Positions 34,558 through 59,890 of a stretch of DNA of 64,000 nucleotides are shown one piece after another. Position 1 is the first letter of the stretch, and each line of letters begins with the position of its first letter. The notes beneath the pieces are model-generated. The model was not told the origin of the DNA. It saw nothing but the letters and a program-made list of their open reading frames with translations, and did no database searches. The stretch lies in NCBI GenBank assembly GCA_025558095.1, contig JAIVFI010000017.1:248001-312000 (forward strand). The letters are read 5' to 3'. This stretch comes from Hyaloraphidium curvatum SAG 235-1. Its lineage: Eukaryota; Fungi; Monoblepharomycota. A program made the translations under genes and the position numbers.

Positions 34558-34687
34558 CACGCACGGGCCTCGAGGGTGGAACCCCGAGAACTCGTCTCAA
34601 ACGTCTTGTCGCGCGTCGCAACGGCGCGATCTGCTCCCACGGCGCCGGGCACCGCAGCGTAGCGACCGATTCGCTTTCGTCAACGAA

Positions 34688-35717
34688 ATGCCCGCCCCAG
34701 CGGCACTGCGGAAGGCGCTGCCCGACGAACTGTTTGCGCAGGCGGAGAAGATCGCGAGCTTCATCGCCGCCGCTCGCGGCAAGGTCACCGTCCTGAGCGG
34801 AGCGGGCCTGAGCACGGAGAGCTCGATTCCGGATTATCGGGGCGCCAATGGCATCTACAGACAGAATGGTGGGCGGCACGGCGCTCCGGCAGGCCGGCGC
34901 GGGCTAACGTGAGAGGATAGCGACATACAAGCCAATCACATTCCAGGAGTTCTCGTCCAAGCACGCCTTCCGCCAGCGGTACTGGGCGAGATCATACTAC
35001 GGTTTCCCGCGGATCTTGGCTGCGCGCCCGAACGACGCCCACAAGGCGCTCCGCCACCTCCACGCGGCCAACAAGATCCACCCGAAAGGACTGGTCACGC
35101 AGAACGTGGACGGACTGTTGCAGCGGGCTGGCACTCCGCCGGATGCCGTCATCGAACTGCACGGAACGCTTTCCACGGTCGAGTGCCTGTCTTGCCGGCA
35201 CGTCGTCGATCGCCACTGGATGCAGGAGCAGCTCGCGGACATGAACCCAGCCTGGCGGGACGGCGTGCCTCTGCGCAGCTCGACCGAGACCCTGATGGGG
35301 GCCGAGGAAGTCTTGCCAAAGGACCGGCGGGACCAAGGGACGGGCCGAGTGAACCCCGACGGCGACCTAGATCTCGTCCGCGACTTTTCCAGCTATCACT
35401 ATCCGGACTGTCCCAACTGTCGGACAGGCGTCCTTAAGCCGAGCGTCGTCTATTTTGGAGAAAATGTGCCGTTGGAACGCAAGCTCCTCATCGAGGACGT
35501 CGTCTCCGCCTCCGAGGCGCTACTTGTGGTCGGCACTTCCCTGGCAACTTTTTCGTCGCTGAGGATCGCGAAACAGGCCGCGAAGGAGGGCAAGCCGATC
35601 GCGATCGTGAACATGGGGGAGACGCGCGGGGACGAGCTCGCGTCGTTCAAGGTGGAGGCCACCCTCGGGTCGGTCCTGCCTTTGGTGGCCGACATCCTGG
35701 GCGCGGCGAAGACGTAG
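34688..35717 (+). CDS. SIRT4: NAD-dependent deacylase, SIRT4-like (class II sirtuin), one intron near 34869-34920
   Basis: GAGLSTESSIPDYRG, RQRYWARSYYG, TQNVDGL, ELHG, CxxC...NPDGD...CxxC, LKPSVVYFGENV, VGTSL. Confidence 0.9.
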
Positions 35718-35738
35718 AGGCGGTATGGGGCATAGAAT

Positions 35739-36296
35739 TCACGGATTCGCGTCCGGATAGAACAACGTTGCCAGCCACCGCGCCTCCCGCTCCATCTCCT
35801 CGGCACTCCTTGGCTTCCGGGACTCCTCCGCATCCATCTTTATCGAGCTCCGATGCGTGGTCTCCTTGAAATGCTCGCCAAGCGCCTCGTACAGCTCGTG
35901 CTTATCGAGCTCGTCGTACACCCGATCGTTTGGCTCGAAATCGCCGATCCTCCGCGGCAGGATGTGGCAGTGAACGTGGGATACGGTCTGCCCAGCGGCA
36001 ACTCCGTCCTGGATCGAGACGGTGAGCGCTTCGGCCCCGTAAGCCTTTTCGATGACACGTCCAATTTGCTGGGCCGAAAGGAAGAGGTCCGTCGCTTCCT
36101 CGGCCGACAGGTCCTTCAACCGCGGCACCACCTTGATGGGGCAAACGAGAACGTGGCCCGGCACAATGGGCTTCAGATTGGTGATCGCGAACGTGAGCTT
36201 TGTCCGGTAAAAAGCCTGGCGCGTCACGTCGAACGTGGAAAAGAGCAGCTTCGGGCTCGAAGCGAGCGGGAGGAGCGAAAGGGGTCCGGCGTTCAT
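35739..36296 (-). CDS. HNT2: Bis(5'-adenosyl)-triphosphatase, FHIT/Hnt2
   Basis: NLKPIVPGHVLV, QDGVAAGQTVSHVHCHILPRRIGDF..NDRVY, RSAEEMEREA. Confidence 0.93.
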   Translation of the reverse strand: MNAGPLSLLPLASSPKLLFSTFDVTRQAFYRTKLTFAITNLKPIVPGHVLVCPIKVVPRLKDLSAEEATDLFLSAQQIGRVIEKAYGAEALTVSIQDGVAAGQTVSHVHCHILPRRIGDFEPNDRVYDELDKHELYEALGEHFKETTHRSSIKMDAEESRKPRSAEEMEREARWLATLFYPDANP

Positions 36297-36620
36297 CGCG
36301 GGCAGAAACGCGCGGATCGCGAGGGGCGGGACGCGTCGATCGCGAGAAGAAACGCGTGGAGGGGGGAAAAAGGGTTGAAACTCTTTCCACGGCACGAGGA
36401 CGGCGTGAAGTGCTCCTCTGCTTTGGCGAGTCCGGGGCGCTGCGTCAACATGCAGTCAACACCAATGTCCCAAATCAGTTGTGGTTGTTCGACCGTGGAG
36501 CTCGTCTAATCATGCCTAGTCGCGTCGAGACTCCGAGAGCGATACCAATAGAATACATGCGAAAGCCCGCCGGCTTCCCACGCCAATGCCCGACCAATCG
36601 TCACCAAAGAAGTTGCTCGC

Positions 36621-39134
36621 TCAGTCGTCCCCGAGGAAGTTGTCCATCTCGAGCTCCTCGCGCCTCGACCTGCTCCCGCCCGGTCCGCCCAAGCTCGTCG
36701 CGCCCGTGAATCCCTCCAGGTCGCTGCCCAGGCCCTGGTACTGCGCCGAATAATCTTCCTCGTCCTCCTCCTCCTCGCGTTCCAGCAGCTCTTCGCTCAT
36801 CTGCTTCCGCATGCGCTGCGCGATGGCGCCGACGAGCACCACCCACGCCATGCAGATCATGGCCGCGGCGACGTAGATCTCGGCGTACCCGATCGAGTCC
36901 ACGTCCGCGAGCCAGGCCCAGCGCGGCGGCGCGCCCGACGAGGAGCCGATGAACAGGGTGCCGGCGATGAAGATGAAGAAGAGGGAGAGGAAGGCCGGGA
37001 CGGACTCCCAGCGCACGATCGGCGGGGGCCGGCGGCGGCGCGGGCGGCCGGACGGCTTGACGAGGCGCGACTGCGAGCGCACCGAGCCGGGGCGCGAGTT
37101 GGGCTTGGTGCCGTTGGCGCCGCCGAGCCCGGCGTTGGCCATGGCCGAGGTCGAGGGGTCCATGTCGGCGGTGAAGCCGGGATGGCCGACGTCCTCGTCC
37201 AGGTCCGAGTCCTCATCGTCCTCGTTGATGGTCTGCGACGACGAGGCCCCGATCGCGCCCTCCGAGCCCGTGTTCAGCACGTTGGTCATGGGAGGTGCAG
37301 CTGCCTGCGCCGGGCCGGGGTTGCCGAACTCTTCGTCCTCCTCGGCGTAGATCACCGCCGGGGGTTTGCGCACCGCGACCTCCACGATCCTGAACAAACC
37401 GCCCGCGGCCAGAGCATAACCGACATAGAGGAGGATGACCGCCGAGTAATCATTCTCGGCTGCGCTGAAGGGGTCGACGTTGGTAGAGAAGGCGGCGGCG
37501 AACCCGAGGGTCAGGATGATCAGGCCGGGCACCGGGTTGCGCCCCTTGAAAACCTTGCTCGCCTCCACCGTGATGCCGAGAACACCGCCCGCGACGAACA
37601 GGAGCGAATGGGAGAACGGCGGGTCGCGCGTGAGGATGGAGGAGATGAGGGCGGCGATGCCGGTGCCGAGGATGAACAGGCAGGCGTAGAACTCTTCCGA
37701 GCGCGCATTGGGCGACCGATCGGGCTGAGGATGAAGCAGACGGAGCAGGAAAAAGGCCGAGTACCACACGAGGGCGGATCCTGGGAGTTGTGTGTGAGTT
37801 TCGAACCGGGGGGTGGCGGCGACCGCCAAACCCACCGGCAATAATGTGCCCCAGGCAGCCGCCAACGCCGTCCCAGAGGCAGGTTCCGCTCAAGCTCGTC
37901 ACCCCGACGGCGGATTCGATGTACGCGGCGCCCAGGATGACCCAGGCATTGGCCTTATGCATCTCGCCGACCACCTTCTTGAGCCCGCGGTACCAGCGGA
38001 TGTGCGCGGACCAGCCCGTCTTTTGCCAGCGCACGATGAGCATCTTGAGGGCCCCCAGCACGCCGGATTGGAGCACGACGAGGGTGAGGATGCCCCAGCC
38101 GAGGCCCTTGTGCAGGCGGGTCGACAGGTCGTACTTGGCCGAGATGACGATCTGGATCTTGCCGTCGCGCCAGCTGGTGCCCGTCCAGCCGAGCTTGCCG
38201 AGGAAAACGCCGATGATGCCGATGATGGCGCCCACCACCTGGAAAACGATGTGCGCCACGCGGTAGCGGCGCGCAATCGCCATTCCAAGGGGGAAGATGA
38301 CAAAGAAGGCAACGAGGCTCATGACGGCGTGGGGGATCAGGAAGGGCGAGGCCTTGGGCGTGGGCGTCGGCGTCTGTTCAGAGGGTGATTTCAGCGACCG
38401 TAGCGGTGGCCAGGAGCGGGATCACCCACATCATCATCGTCGTCGTCTCCGTCACTGGCCGACACGGAACCCCCGCCGATCAGCGGCGTGGGCGACGACA
38501 GCACTTGGCTCGTGAGCGAGATTGCGTTTGCCGTGGCGACGGTGAGCACCACCGAGGTGGTGTGGAGGAAGGTGTGCTTCCTGCGCGACGTGCGGTGCGT
38601 GGTCGTGTGCCGCACGTGCGAGGTCGCAAACACGGGGATCGGCGTCGGCGTGGGCGTCTCGGTCGATGCGGCCAGCGTGGCGAGCAGCTCGGCGGTCGAG
38701 GTGGCGAGATCGGAGGTGGGGATCGCGTCGACGGTCGAGGTGGCGAGCCCCTCGACGGACGACGTGGCCAGCTCCTCTGCGGTGGTCGCCAGCTCCGCGC
38801 TCGAGGACTGCAGCGCGGCGGGCGTGGTGCGGTGCGAAGAGGCGCGGTGCGTGGACGTCGCCAGCAGCGCGGTCGCCGAGCTGAAGTCCAGCGTCGTGGC
38901 GGGCGCGGTGGCGAGCGCCGACGACTCCGCTTCGGCCGGTGCCGCGTCGCCCTCCGCGGCGTCGTCCGGCGCTGTTTCTTCGCCCTCGGCCGGTGCGTCC
39001 TGCGGCGTGTCCTCGCCGGGCGTCTCGTCGGCGAGCGTCTCTTCGGCGGGCGTCTCGTCGGGCTGCGCGTCTGCCGGCTGCCCCTCCTGCTGCACGTCGG
39101 CCGCCGCGTCGGCCTCCTCCTGGCGCCGCCCCAT
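36621..39134 (-). CDS. YTP1: Ytp1-like membrane protein (cytochrome b561-like N-terminal domain) with an acidic and Ser/Thr-rich N-terminal extension, multi-exon
   Basis: HAVMSLVAFFVIFPLGM, HIVFQ, HKGLGW, GCLGHIIAG|SALVWY, SEEFY, RNPVPGLII. The start codon is uncertain. Confidence 0.75.
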
Positions 39135-39284
39135 CGGATTCGCTAGCGGCGCGACCGCAGGCAGAGGGAAGGCAACTTGCTGGCGGGCTGGACTCACAGG
39201 GCTGGAGCGCGCTCCCTCTTTTCCGGCGGCGACAACGAATCACAGGCACGATCACCTCCTTGCATTGAGATCCACGAACTACAT

Positions 39285-41478
39285 TCATTGCGGGCTCTTT
39301 TGCCGCAGCTCCAGGTCCACTGCCATCAGCGACGCGACAAAAGTGAGGATCAGCTTCGCCCGCACTTCGAAGATGTCCTCGGGCAGTAGGAAGATGGTCG
39401 CGCCGAGCTTGCGCGCGATCGAGATGGCGTACTTGGCGTTGTCCTTGGCGTCCTCGTCCGTACGCCCGGCAGTGACGATCTCGTAGTTGACTGGCAGCCG
39501 GTCAGCCGCAAAGCTCCCGATACGGACGCGGCACACCCACCGATCCCTGGCCGGATCCCGTGCAGCAGGTCCAGGAAGAAGGTGCCCGTCTTGAGCGACG
39601 GATCCCGGAAGCTGTCCATCTTGCTGGATTTCCCGCCCCGCTTCACCGTGTCGTTTGCCCACCGCACCATCTCGGCGTCGTCCGGCGCCCGCCCGTTCTT
39701 GCTCAGCGACTGGATCGTCTGCGTGACGTGGTCCCGCATCATCTGCCACACAAGGCCGAGGGTGAGCATCTTGTTGCCGTCCGTGATGTCTGCGGGGCAC
39801 GATCAGGCGACGTAGACCAAACGTGGGCGGAAGCCACCCACCGAGGCCGGAAATGTTGACGAGCGAGTACTTGTTCTGCTTCCCGAGGTCCACGGCGTAG
39901 TTGGTGTTCTCCACCTTCTTGAACCGCGAGCTCGGGTCCTTGTTGACCCGCTTCCATTGGACCTGGTACAGGGTTGTCAGTCGCACGGGACTTGCCGCTC
40001 GCCCGAAAAGCCCACCTGGCCGGGGTGGATCTTGTCCACCGTCTGCAGCAGCACCAGCCCGTCCTTCAGGTCCTCGTACAGGTCCGACACGAAAGGGTCC
40101 ACGCCCAGGCTGTTCATCCACAGGGAGTAGGCGCGGGCCTCGCGGTCCCCCTGCGAGTTGAAGAGCCACGAGTCGATGTCGGCCTTTTCGGCCTCGGTGA
40201 GGGGTTCCAGGCCGGGCATCTTGTTGAAGAGGTTGGCGACAAAGGCAAAGTTGAGCTTGTTGTTGCCCGACACCATCGCTTTCGGGGTCAGGTACTTGCG
40301 GCACCCGATCTTGTCCGCGTTCTCCAGCACCCTCTCCGCCCGCTCCATCAGGTCCTGCACCTTGAGCGGATCCCGGCTGCAGGACGAGGGGGCCAGCTGG
40401 TTCAGCAGGACGGTGTAGTTCTCGCCGTCCTTGACGTCGCCCGAGAGGTTGGACACCTTGCGGGGCCAGCCCGCCTTGGCGAGGTGGTAGTTGAACCAGC
40501 GGATGAGGATGGCTTCGGGGGGGAGGCGGCGGAGGTCGTCGAGGGTCTCGCCGGGCTGGAGGAGGCGGAAGAGCTCGGGGTGGAACTGGAGGTCGATCTT
40601 GGCGGAGAGGCCTGGGAGCCGTCAGCGGAGCCAAAACACCCGCCATGGCGAGAGACACCGACTTGCTTTGATGATCTGCCACAAAAGACCGAGGACAAGG
40701 TGGGGCCGGCCCTCGATCAGGTCCTGGGCGCCGATGTTGACCACCGAAAGCCCGATGGCCTTGGCCGAGTTGATGCACACGTTCTGGTTCTCCGTCATCT
40801 GGTAGATGGAAAGTTTGGGGCCCACGTTCTGCCGAGGAAGGCCCGTGAGCGGTCATCGGCGCCGCGCGTGGCCGGGATCACGGACCAGCACGCGCTCGTC
40901 GATGGTCCCGTTCACGGCGTCGTTGATGAGCTTGCAGAGCACCAGGCCGTCCTTGACCTCGTCAAAGATCTGCATCGTCGTCGGCTCGATCGGGATCCGC
41001 TTCCCCAGGTCCTTGTCGCCCCCCAGGGCGGCGTTGATGTGCTCCACGAACTGCTCCTTCTCGTCCTCGTTGAAGGTGTGCTGCGACGTTTCGGTGGAGC
41101 CGCCGATGGTGACGACCTTTTTGCTCCCCTCGGGCTCCATCTTCCCCACGCGCTTCTTTTGCCGGAGGCCGTTGACGACCGCCACGACATCCTCCAGCTG
41201 GACCTTGGCTGCTCCCGCGCCGGGCGTCAGCGGGCGCGTCCCACGCGGGGCGGGGCGCGCAACGCACTCGGATCCTTGAGCCTCATCTCGCCCAGCTTCG
41301 CGGTGACCTCGTCGAGCGCGAGCTTCTCGTCCAGGACGTCCAGCACGCCCTTGACCTCGCCGCGCTCGATGTACCCCGACCCGTTGCGGTCCGCGTGCTC
41401 GAACTCGTCTGCGAGCTTCGTGATCTCATCTGCGCGCAGGGTCGTGTACTTGTTGGCGAGGAGGAAGGCGTTCACCAT
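39285..41478 (-). CDS. SAC6: Fimbrin/plastin (EF-hand + four CH domains), multi-exon
   Basis: [82 protein letters not shown]. Confidence 0.96.
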
Positions 41479-42374
41479 CGTTGCGGCCTGCGGGGCGGGC
41501 GGAGGTGAGCGGGTCGGAGCTTCCGCGGCGGGCGGGGCGGCAAGCGGGCCGCCTACGGAGGTGCGCCACGTGTGTCTGGAGCTCCGCAACGCGAGCGCGC
41601 GCGCCGACGGCTTCGCAGCCCCGCGCGGGGCGTGAGACGTCCGCCGCGGGCGACACCCCGGTCTGCGGCGGCCCGCCCTCCGCCCGCACCGCGCGAGACT
41701 CACGGTGCGCTGGGAAGGACAACAGGCACGCTGGAGCGCCGGCCGAATCAAACTCCGGCGCGGGCGATGGGCAGTGGACGGTCCGAGAGCGAATGCTGAT
41801 CCGGCCAGCTCCGCCGCGTTGCGCGTGCTGTGTCTCCGCCCGCGAGTCCGAGGCGCCCCCACCAAGCCAATCCCCGTGTCAGGGGTAAATCTCGCCGGGA
41901 TCGACGCTTCAAATCAAGCTGGCCCACTTGATGGAACTTTGGCATGCCCGGCATCCGACTAGTCGACGATTGGCGGCATGCCCCGTAACTCGTTTGACCC
42001 ACAACCATTTACAAGAGCTCAGGATCATCGGTGATAAATGGAGCCTTTGGACACTCTGAAATGATTTGGATGATGTGCTTGTAGCAGCAATGAGGTTCTA
42101 TATGTGTCTGCGTAGAAGCTAGCGACGATCGATCGTCCGCGAACGGCGTGGTACTCCGGGGTCGGGCTGGCCCGGGTCAAAAAAACAACGGATCTGGATG
42201 CCGGGAAGAGCTTGACTCTAACAGGGCCAGGAATGTCGCGATGCACCCAGATTTGCCCTGGGGCAGCGGGGACCGCGCCTCGCTCGGTCACTCGTCTCCT
42301 TGACGCTCGATCACCTACATTCGCCGAACTCGCAACACGCTCCCTCCGAGCAAAGCCCGCTGCATCTCGCCATC

Positions 42375-44205
42375 ATGGCGACGACTATGACGTCGCTCGA
42401 CGACGACGGGGACTTTGAGACCGGCGGCGGCAGCCGGTCGGTGCAGCGGCCCGACGCGAACGGTGCCGCAGAAGACGACGAACGGGCAGCCGCCGAGGCA
42501 TCTGGAGTCATAATTCCACCGCGTGATCTACGTGCAGTGGCTGATAAGACTGCAAGCTTCGTGGCGAGGAACCCGCCGGAGTTCGAGGACCGCATCCGCG
42601 AGAACGAGCGCGCGAACCCGAAGTTCTCGTTCCTTAACCCGCGCGACCCGTACCACGCCTACTACCAAATGAAGCTCAAACGGGCGCGCGAGGGCAAGTT
42701 CGATGCGGCCCCGGACGCGCCCGCTGCCGCCGTCCCGGACGCCCCGGGCGGGGAAAAGGTCAAGGAGCCCCCGAAGGAGCCGGCCCCGTTCGAGTTCGTC
42801 CTGCCGCTTCCCAACATCTCTGCCCAGGATCTGTGGGTCCAACGCGCGTCTCTGCACCTTGTCGGACCCTCTGACCTGCGCCTTTTCCGCCAGGGACGTC
42901 CTACTGCACACTGCGCAGTTCACTGCCCGCAACGGCCGGCAGTTCCTCACCTCCCTCGCCCAGCGCGAGTCTCGCAACTCCCAGTTCGACTTCCTCCGCC
43001 CCAACCACTCCCTCTTTCCCTACTTTACCAAGATGGTCGAGCAGTATACCAAGGTGCTTATACCCGGCAAGGAGCAGACGGCCAAGCTCGAGGACAACTC
43101 GGCCGACGTCTTCAAGGTCGGTCCGACAGGCTGCTGCCCCTTTGTACTTTGCTGAACAGCGGCCGCTGCGCAGATAATGGAGCGCGTCATGACGCGCGTG
43201 GAATGGAAGCTGTATGACGAGGAGCGGAAACGGCAGAAGGAAGAGGAGGAGGACGCTGAGCGACGTGGGTGGCTTCCCAGCTGGTTCCGTCACGTCGTTC
43301 AAGCCTTTCACTCCGCAGTGGCCTTTGCCGAGATCGATTGGCACGACTTTGTCGTCGTGGAGACCGTCGAGTTTACCGAGGCCGACGAGCTCCTGCCCCT
43401 CCCCCCGCCGACCAACAAGGCGGACCTGGAGAGCATGAGTCTGGCGCAAAAGAACGCTGCGCTTGTCGTCAACGTCGGTGGCGCCGATGCCGTCGAGGAG
43501 GATGGCGAGGGCGAAATGGAGATGGATGAGGACGAGGACGACCGGCCGCCGGTGAGGCCGGCCGCCGCGGGCGCCCCGGCGCCGGTTATGCCGCCGCCAC
43601 CGCCGGCCATGGTCCGGCCACCCCCCATGCCGGGCATGATGCCGCCTCCCATGCCTCCCCCCGCCCGGCCGATGATGCCGCCTCCGATGCCCATGCCCGG
43701 CAGGCCCTTCCCCGCACCCCCGCTGATGATGCCGCCCCCGATTCCGGGGGCGTTCCCCCGTCCCGGGATGCCGGGGATGCCGCCGATCCCGCCGCCGCCG
43801 TTCGGGAGGCCGCCGGGCTTCCACCCCAGGGACGAGACGCCGGAGGACGCGGAGGCTGCGAAGCGGAGAAAGTTGTTGGAGGAAGGGGTGGGCTTCCGAT
43901 CTCGCTCTCCCCGCGTTTTACTTTGCTCATCGGATTCGCAGATCACGATCCAGATCGAAACGGCGAAAGTACCGGACAAATCGGCAGAATGGGGCCTGGA
44001 CGGCTCGACCTTCCCGCTCGAGGCTGTCCACCCCAGCATGACCGTCGGCCAGATCAAGGAGAAGATCCAGCAGGCGGTCAAGATGCCCTCGGGCAGGCAG
44101 AAGCTGTCCACCGCGGCGGGCGTGGTGATGAAGAATACCTCCACGCTGGCGTCGTACAACATCAAGGCGGGGGACAAACTGATGTTGGACGTGAGGGCGA
44201 AATAG
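42375..44205 (+). CDS. PRP21: Splicing factor 3A subunit 1 (Prp21/SF3A1)
   Basis: Two SURP modules (DKTASFVARN...PYHAYY; TAQFTARNG...QFDFLRPNHSLF), IDWHDFVVVETVEF, a Pro/Met-rich linker and a C-terminal ubiquitin-like domain. Confidence 0.95.
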
Positions 44206-44255
44206 GGGCGGTTGATAGACAAAGGCGCCCTCGCATCTCACGCCGACCCTACATA

Positions 44256-46551
44256 TCATGCGTCCGTCACGCAGCCCTGCGAAGCTGAGCTCACAAGCTT
44301 GACAAACTTGTAGAGGGTGCCCCCGCTCACGCGCAGCGGAGGCGCTTTCCATGCTTTCCGGCGCTCCGCCCACTCGGCATCCGTCAGGTGCGCCGTGATC
44401 TCCCTCTTCTTCGCGTCCACCGTGATCTTGTCGCCGTCCCGGATGAGGGCGATCGGGCCGCCTTCCTGGGCCTCGGGAGTGATGTGTCCAACAATGAAGC
44501 CCTGCCGCGGAATAGCCAATTAGAACGATTCGAGTCCTTGCGCCGAGGAAGAACCCACGTGGGAGCCGCCAGAGAACCGACCGTCGGTCAGCAGAGCGAC
44601 GTCCTTGCCGAGACCCGCACCCATGATGGCGCTAGTAGGTGCCACTGGCGGAAACGACAAAGTTGACCTAGTCAGAACTCCGCCCGCCGTATCGGATGCC
44701 GACGCGGCACTCACGCATCTCGGGCATGCCCGGGCCTCCCTTGGGACCCTCGTACCGGATGACAATGACCTGGCCCTTCTCGATCTCACCCCGCTGGAAC
44801 GCGTGGAACATGTCGTCCTCGCTGTCGTAGACCTTGGCCGGGCCCGTGAACACGAGCCCTTCCTTGCCCGTGATCTTGGCCACGGCCCCGTCCGGGGCCA
44901 GGTTGCCGCGCATGATGGTGATGTGGCCCGTGGGCTTGATGGGCTTGTCGAACGGCTTGAGCAGGTCCTGCTCCGACGGCAAGTCGGGCAAGGACTCGAG
45001 GTTCTCAGCGAGGGTCTTGCCGGTGCAGGTCATGATATCGCCGTGTATCAAGCCCCGGTTCAGCAGGAGCTTGAGGACGGCGGGCGTGCCTCCGACGCGG
45101 TGCAGGTCCTCCATGACAAATTTGCCACTGCGCCAGATGGTTAGCGGTTGCCTGCAATAGCCCAGGGATTGGCGACTTGCCTGGGTTTGAGGTCCGCAAG
45201 GAACGGGATCCGGTCGCTGATCTTCTGGAAGTCGTCGATTTCCAGCGGCACCTTCATCGTGCGCGCGATGGCCAAGAGGTGCAGCACGGCGTTCGTCGAG
45301 CCGCCGAGGATCATCGTCAGGACCATTGCGTTCTCGAGCGCCTTCCGCGTGATGATGTCGCTGGGCTTGATATCCCTCTCCAGCAGAGTCCGGATCGCGA
45401 AACCGGCGGCGATGCACTCCTCCTCTTTCAGAGGGTCGACCGCGGGCGTCGAAGAGCTGTAGGGAAGCGACATGCCCATGGCCTCGATGGCCGAAGCCAC
45501 TGTACAGCACACGTAAGCATAGGACCTTGCTGCCACCGCGGAAACCCACTGGTGTTGGCAGTGTACATGCCGCCGCAAGCTCCCGGCCCGGGGCACGAAT
45601 TCCGGATCACGTCCATACGTTCCTCCTCGGTGATCTTTCCCGCCATAAACTCCCCGTAGGATTGGAACGCCGAGATGACATCCAGGGACTCTCCCGGCCG
45701 CGACTGGCAGGACCCGGGCTTGATGGTGCCGCCGTACACCATCAACGCGGGCCGGTTCAGCCGGGCCATGGCCATGATACAGCCGGGCATGTTCTTGTCG
45801 CAGCCCGGGAGGGAGATGTTGGCGTCGTACATTTGGGAGCTCATCGTCTGCCGGGACACTTAAGCTAGCGCACGACGTTCGCTTGCCACGCCACTCACAG
45901 TCTCGATCGAGTCGGCAATGATTTCCCTCGACTGGAGCGAGTACCGCATGCCAAAAGTGCCCATGCTGATACCATCGCTCACGCCGATCGTGTTGAACCG
46001 GTACCCGATCAGGCCCGCCTTCTGAACGCCCTCCTTCACCTTGAGCGCCAAGTCGTTCAGGTGCATGTTGCAGGGGTTGCCCTCGTACCAACTGCCGCGT
46101 CACGTCCGCATCAGCGGCGTCACACGGAAGCCCACGCGCTCCACCTACACGCTGGAAATCCCAACCTGGGCCTTGGACAGGTCCTCCGGTTTAAGGCCGG
46201 TCGCAAACACTGTGTAGGCACTCTGTGAGCTAATGTGGCCGGAGAGCGTGGAGGTGACCTACACATAGCCTGGGCCGCACCCGACGCTTTGTTCTCCGTC
46301 AGTATCGAGCTGTACTTGTTGAGCTTGCTAAGCGCAGGCTCGCCGCCTGACGCCGCGGCATAGCTAAAGGGGCAGGGATCTCGCAACCGCGTCCATCACG
46401 GTCTACGACGCAGGGCTCACGTTCTCCGGGCTGCCTCATGGTAAATTGGGGCAGCCGTCGACCTGTTTGCCGCGAGGGACAATGGAGCGTAGAGGGTGTG
46501 GGAGCGAGGCGACGCGGCGGAACGCCGCAACACGGCGGCGAGCATGGTCAT
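44256..46551 (-). CDS. ILV3: Mitochondrial dihydroxy-acid dehydratase, multi-exon
   Basis: Presequence [11 protein letters not shown]...; [79 protein letters not shown]. Confidence 0.96.
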
Positions 46552-46889
46552 GCACGACTAGTGAGGGGTCAATGCCAACATCTAGTGGCGATACGCGCTC
46601 ACGACCGTGGCGCGCGCTTCCAGGCGGGCTCGGGCGGGGAGACAGCTCGCCAGGAACGATTCTCACCTGCTCAACCGCGGAGGAGCGACAAGACGGTCAA
46701 CGCCGCGGAAAGACAACACGAGCGCTGCAAATGTACCTTGCGGTCACGAGGTCTTCGATGTCCACTCCACGTCCCTCTGCCGACATGCGGGATGACTGGA
46801 TTTGTTTGTGGACCGTGCCACCCACGGACCGACCATTTCAGCGCACTGGGAAGGGTTGGTATGAACGACTGTACATGCTATCCTAGTCA

Positions 46890-59729
<12,840 letters not shown>

Positions 59730-59890
59730 CGTTTCAGGCGGTCCCTGGTCCTGACATAGCGTCCCAGGAAAGAACTGTTGGTGCGCGCGCAAAGACGCCT
59801 CTCAACCGACCGAGTCCGAGCTAGCGTAGCTACGAACGGCCCAAACGAGAGCCGGCGCCTCGAAGTGTTCGCGAGACCTGGCCTTTGCCT

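Noticed and set aside
43580-43815. MPPP-type repeats in PRP21
   Set aside because: A Pro/Met-rich linker is a normal SF3A1 feature.
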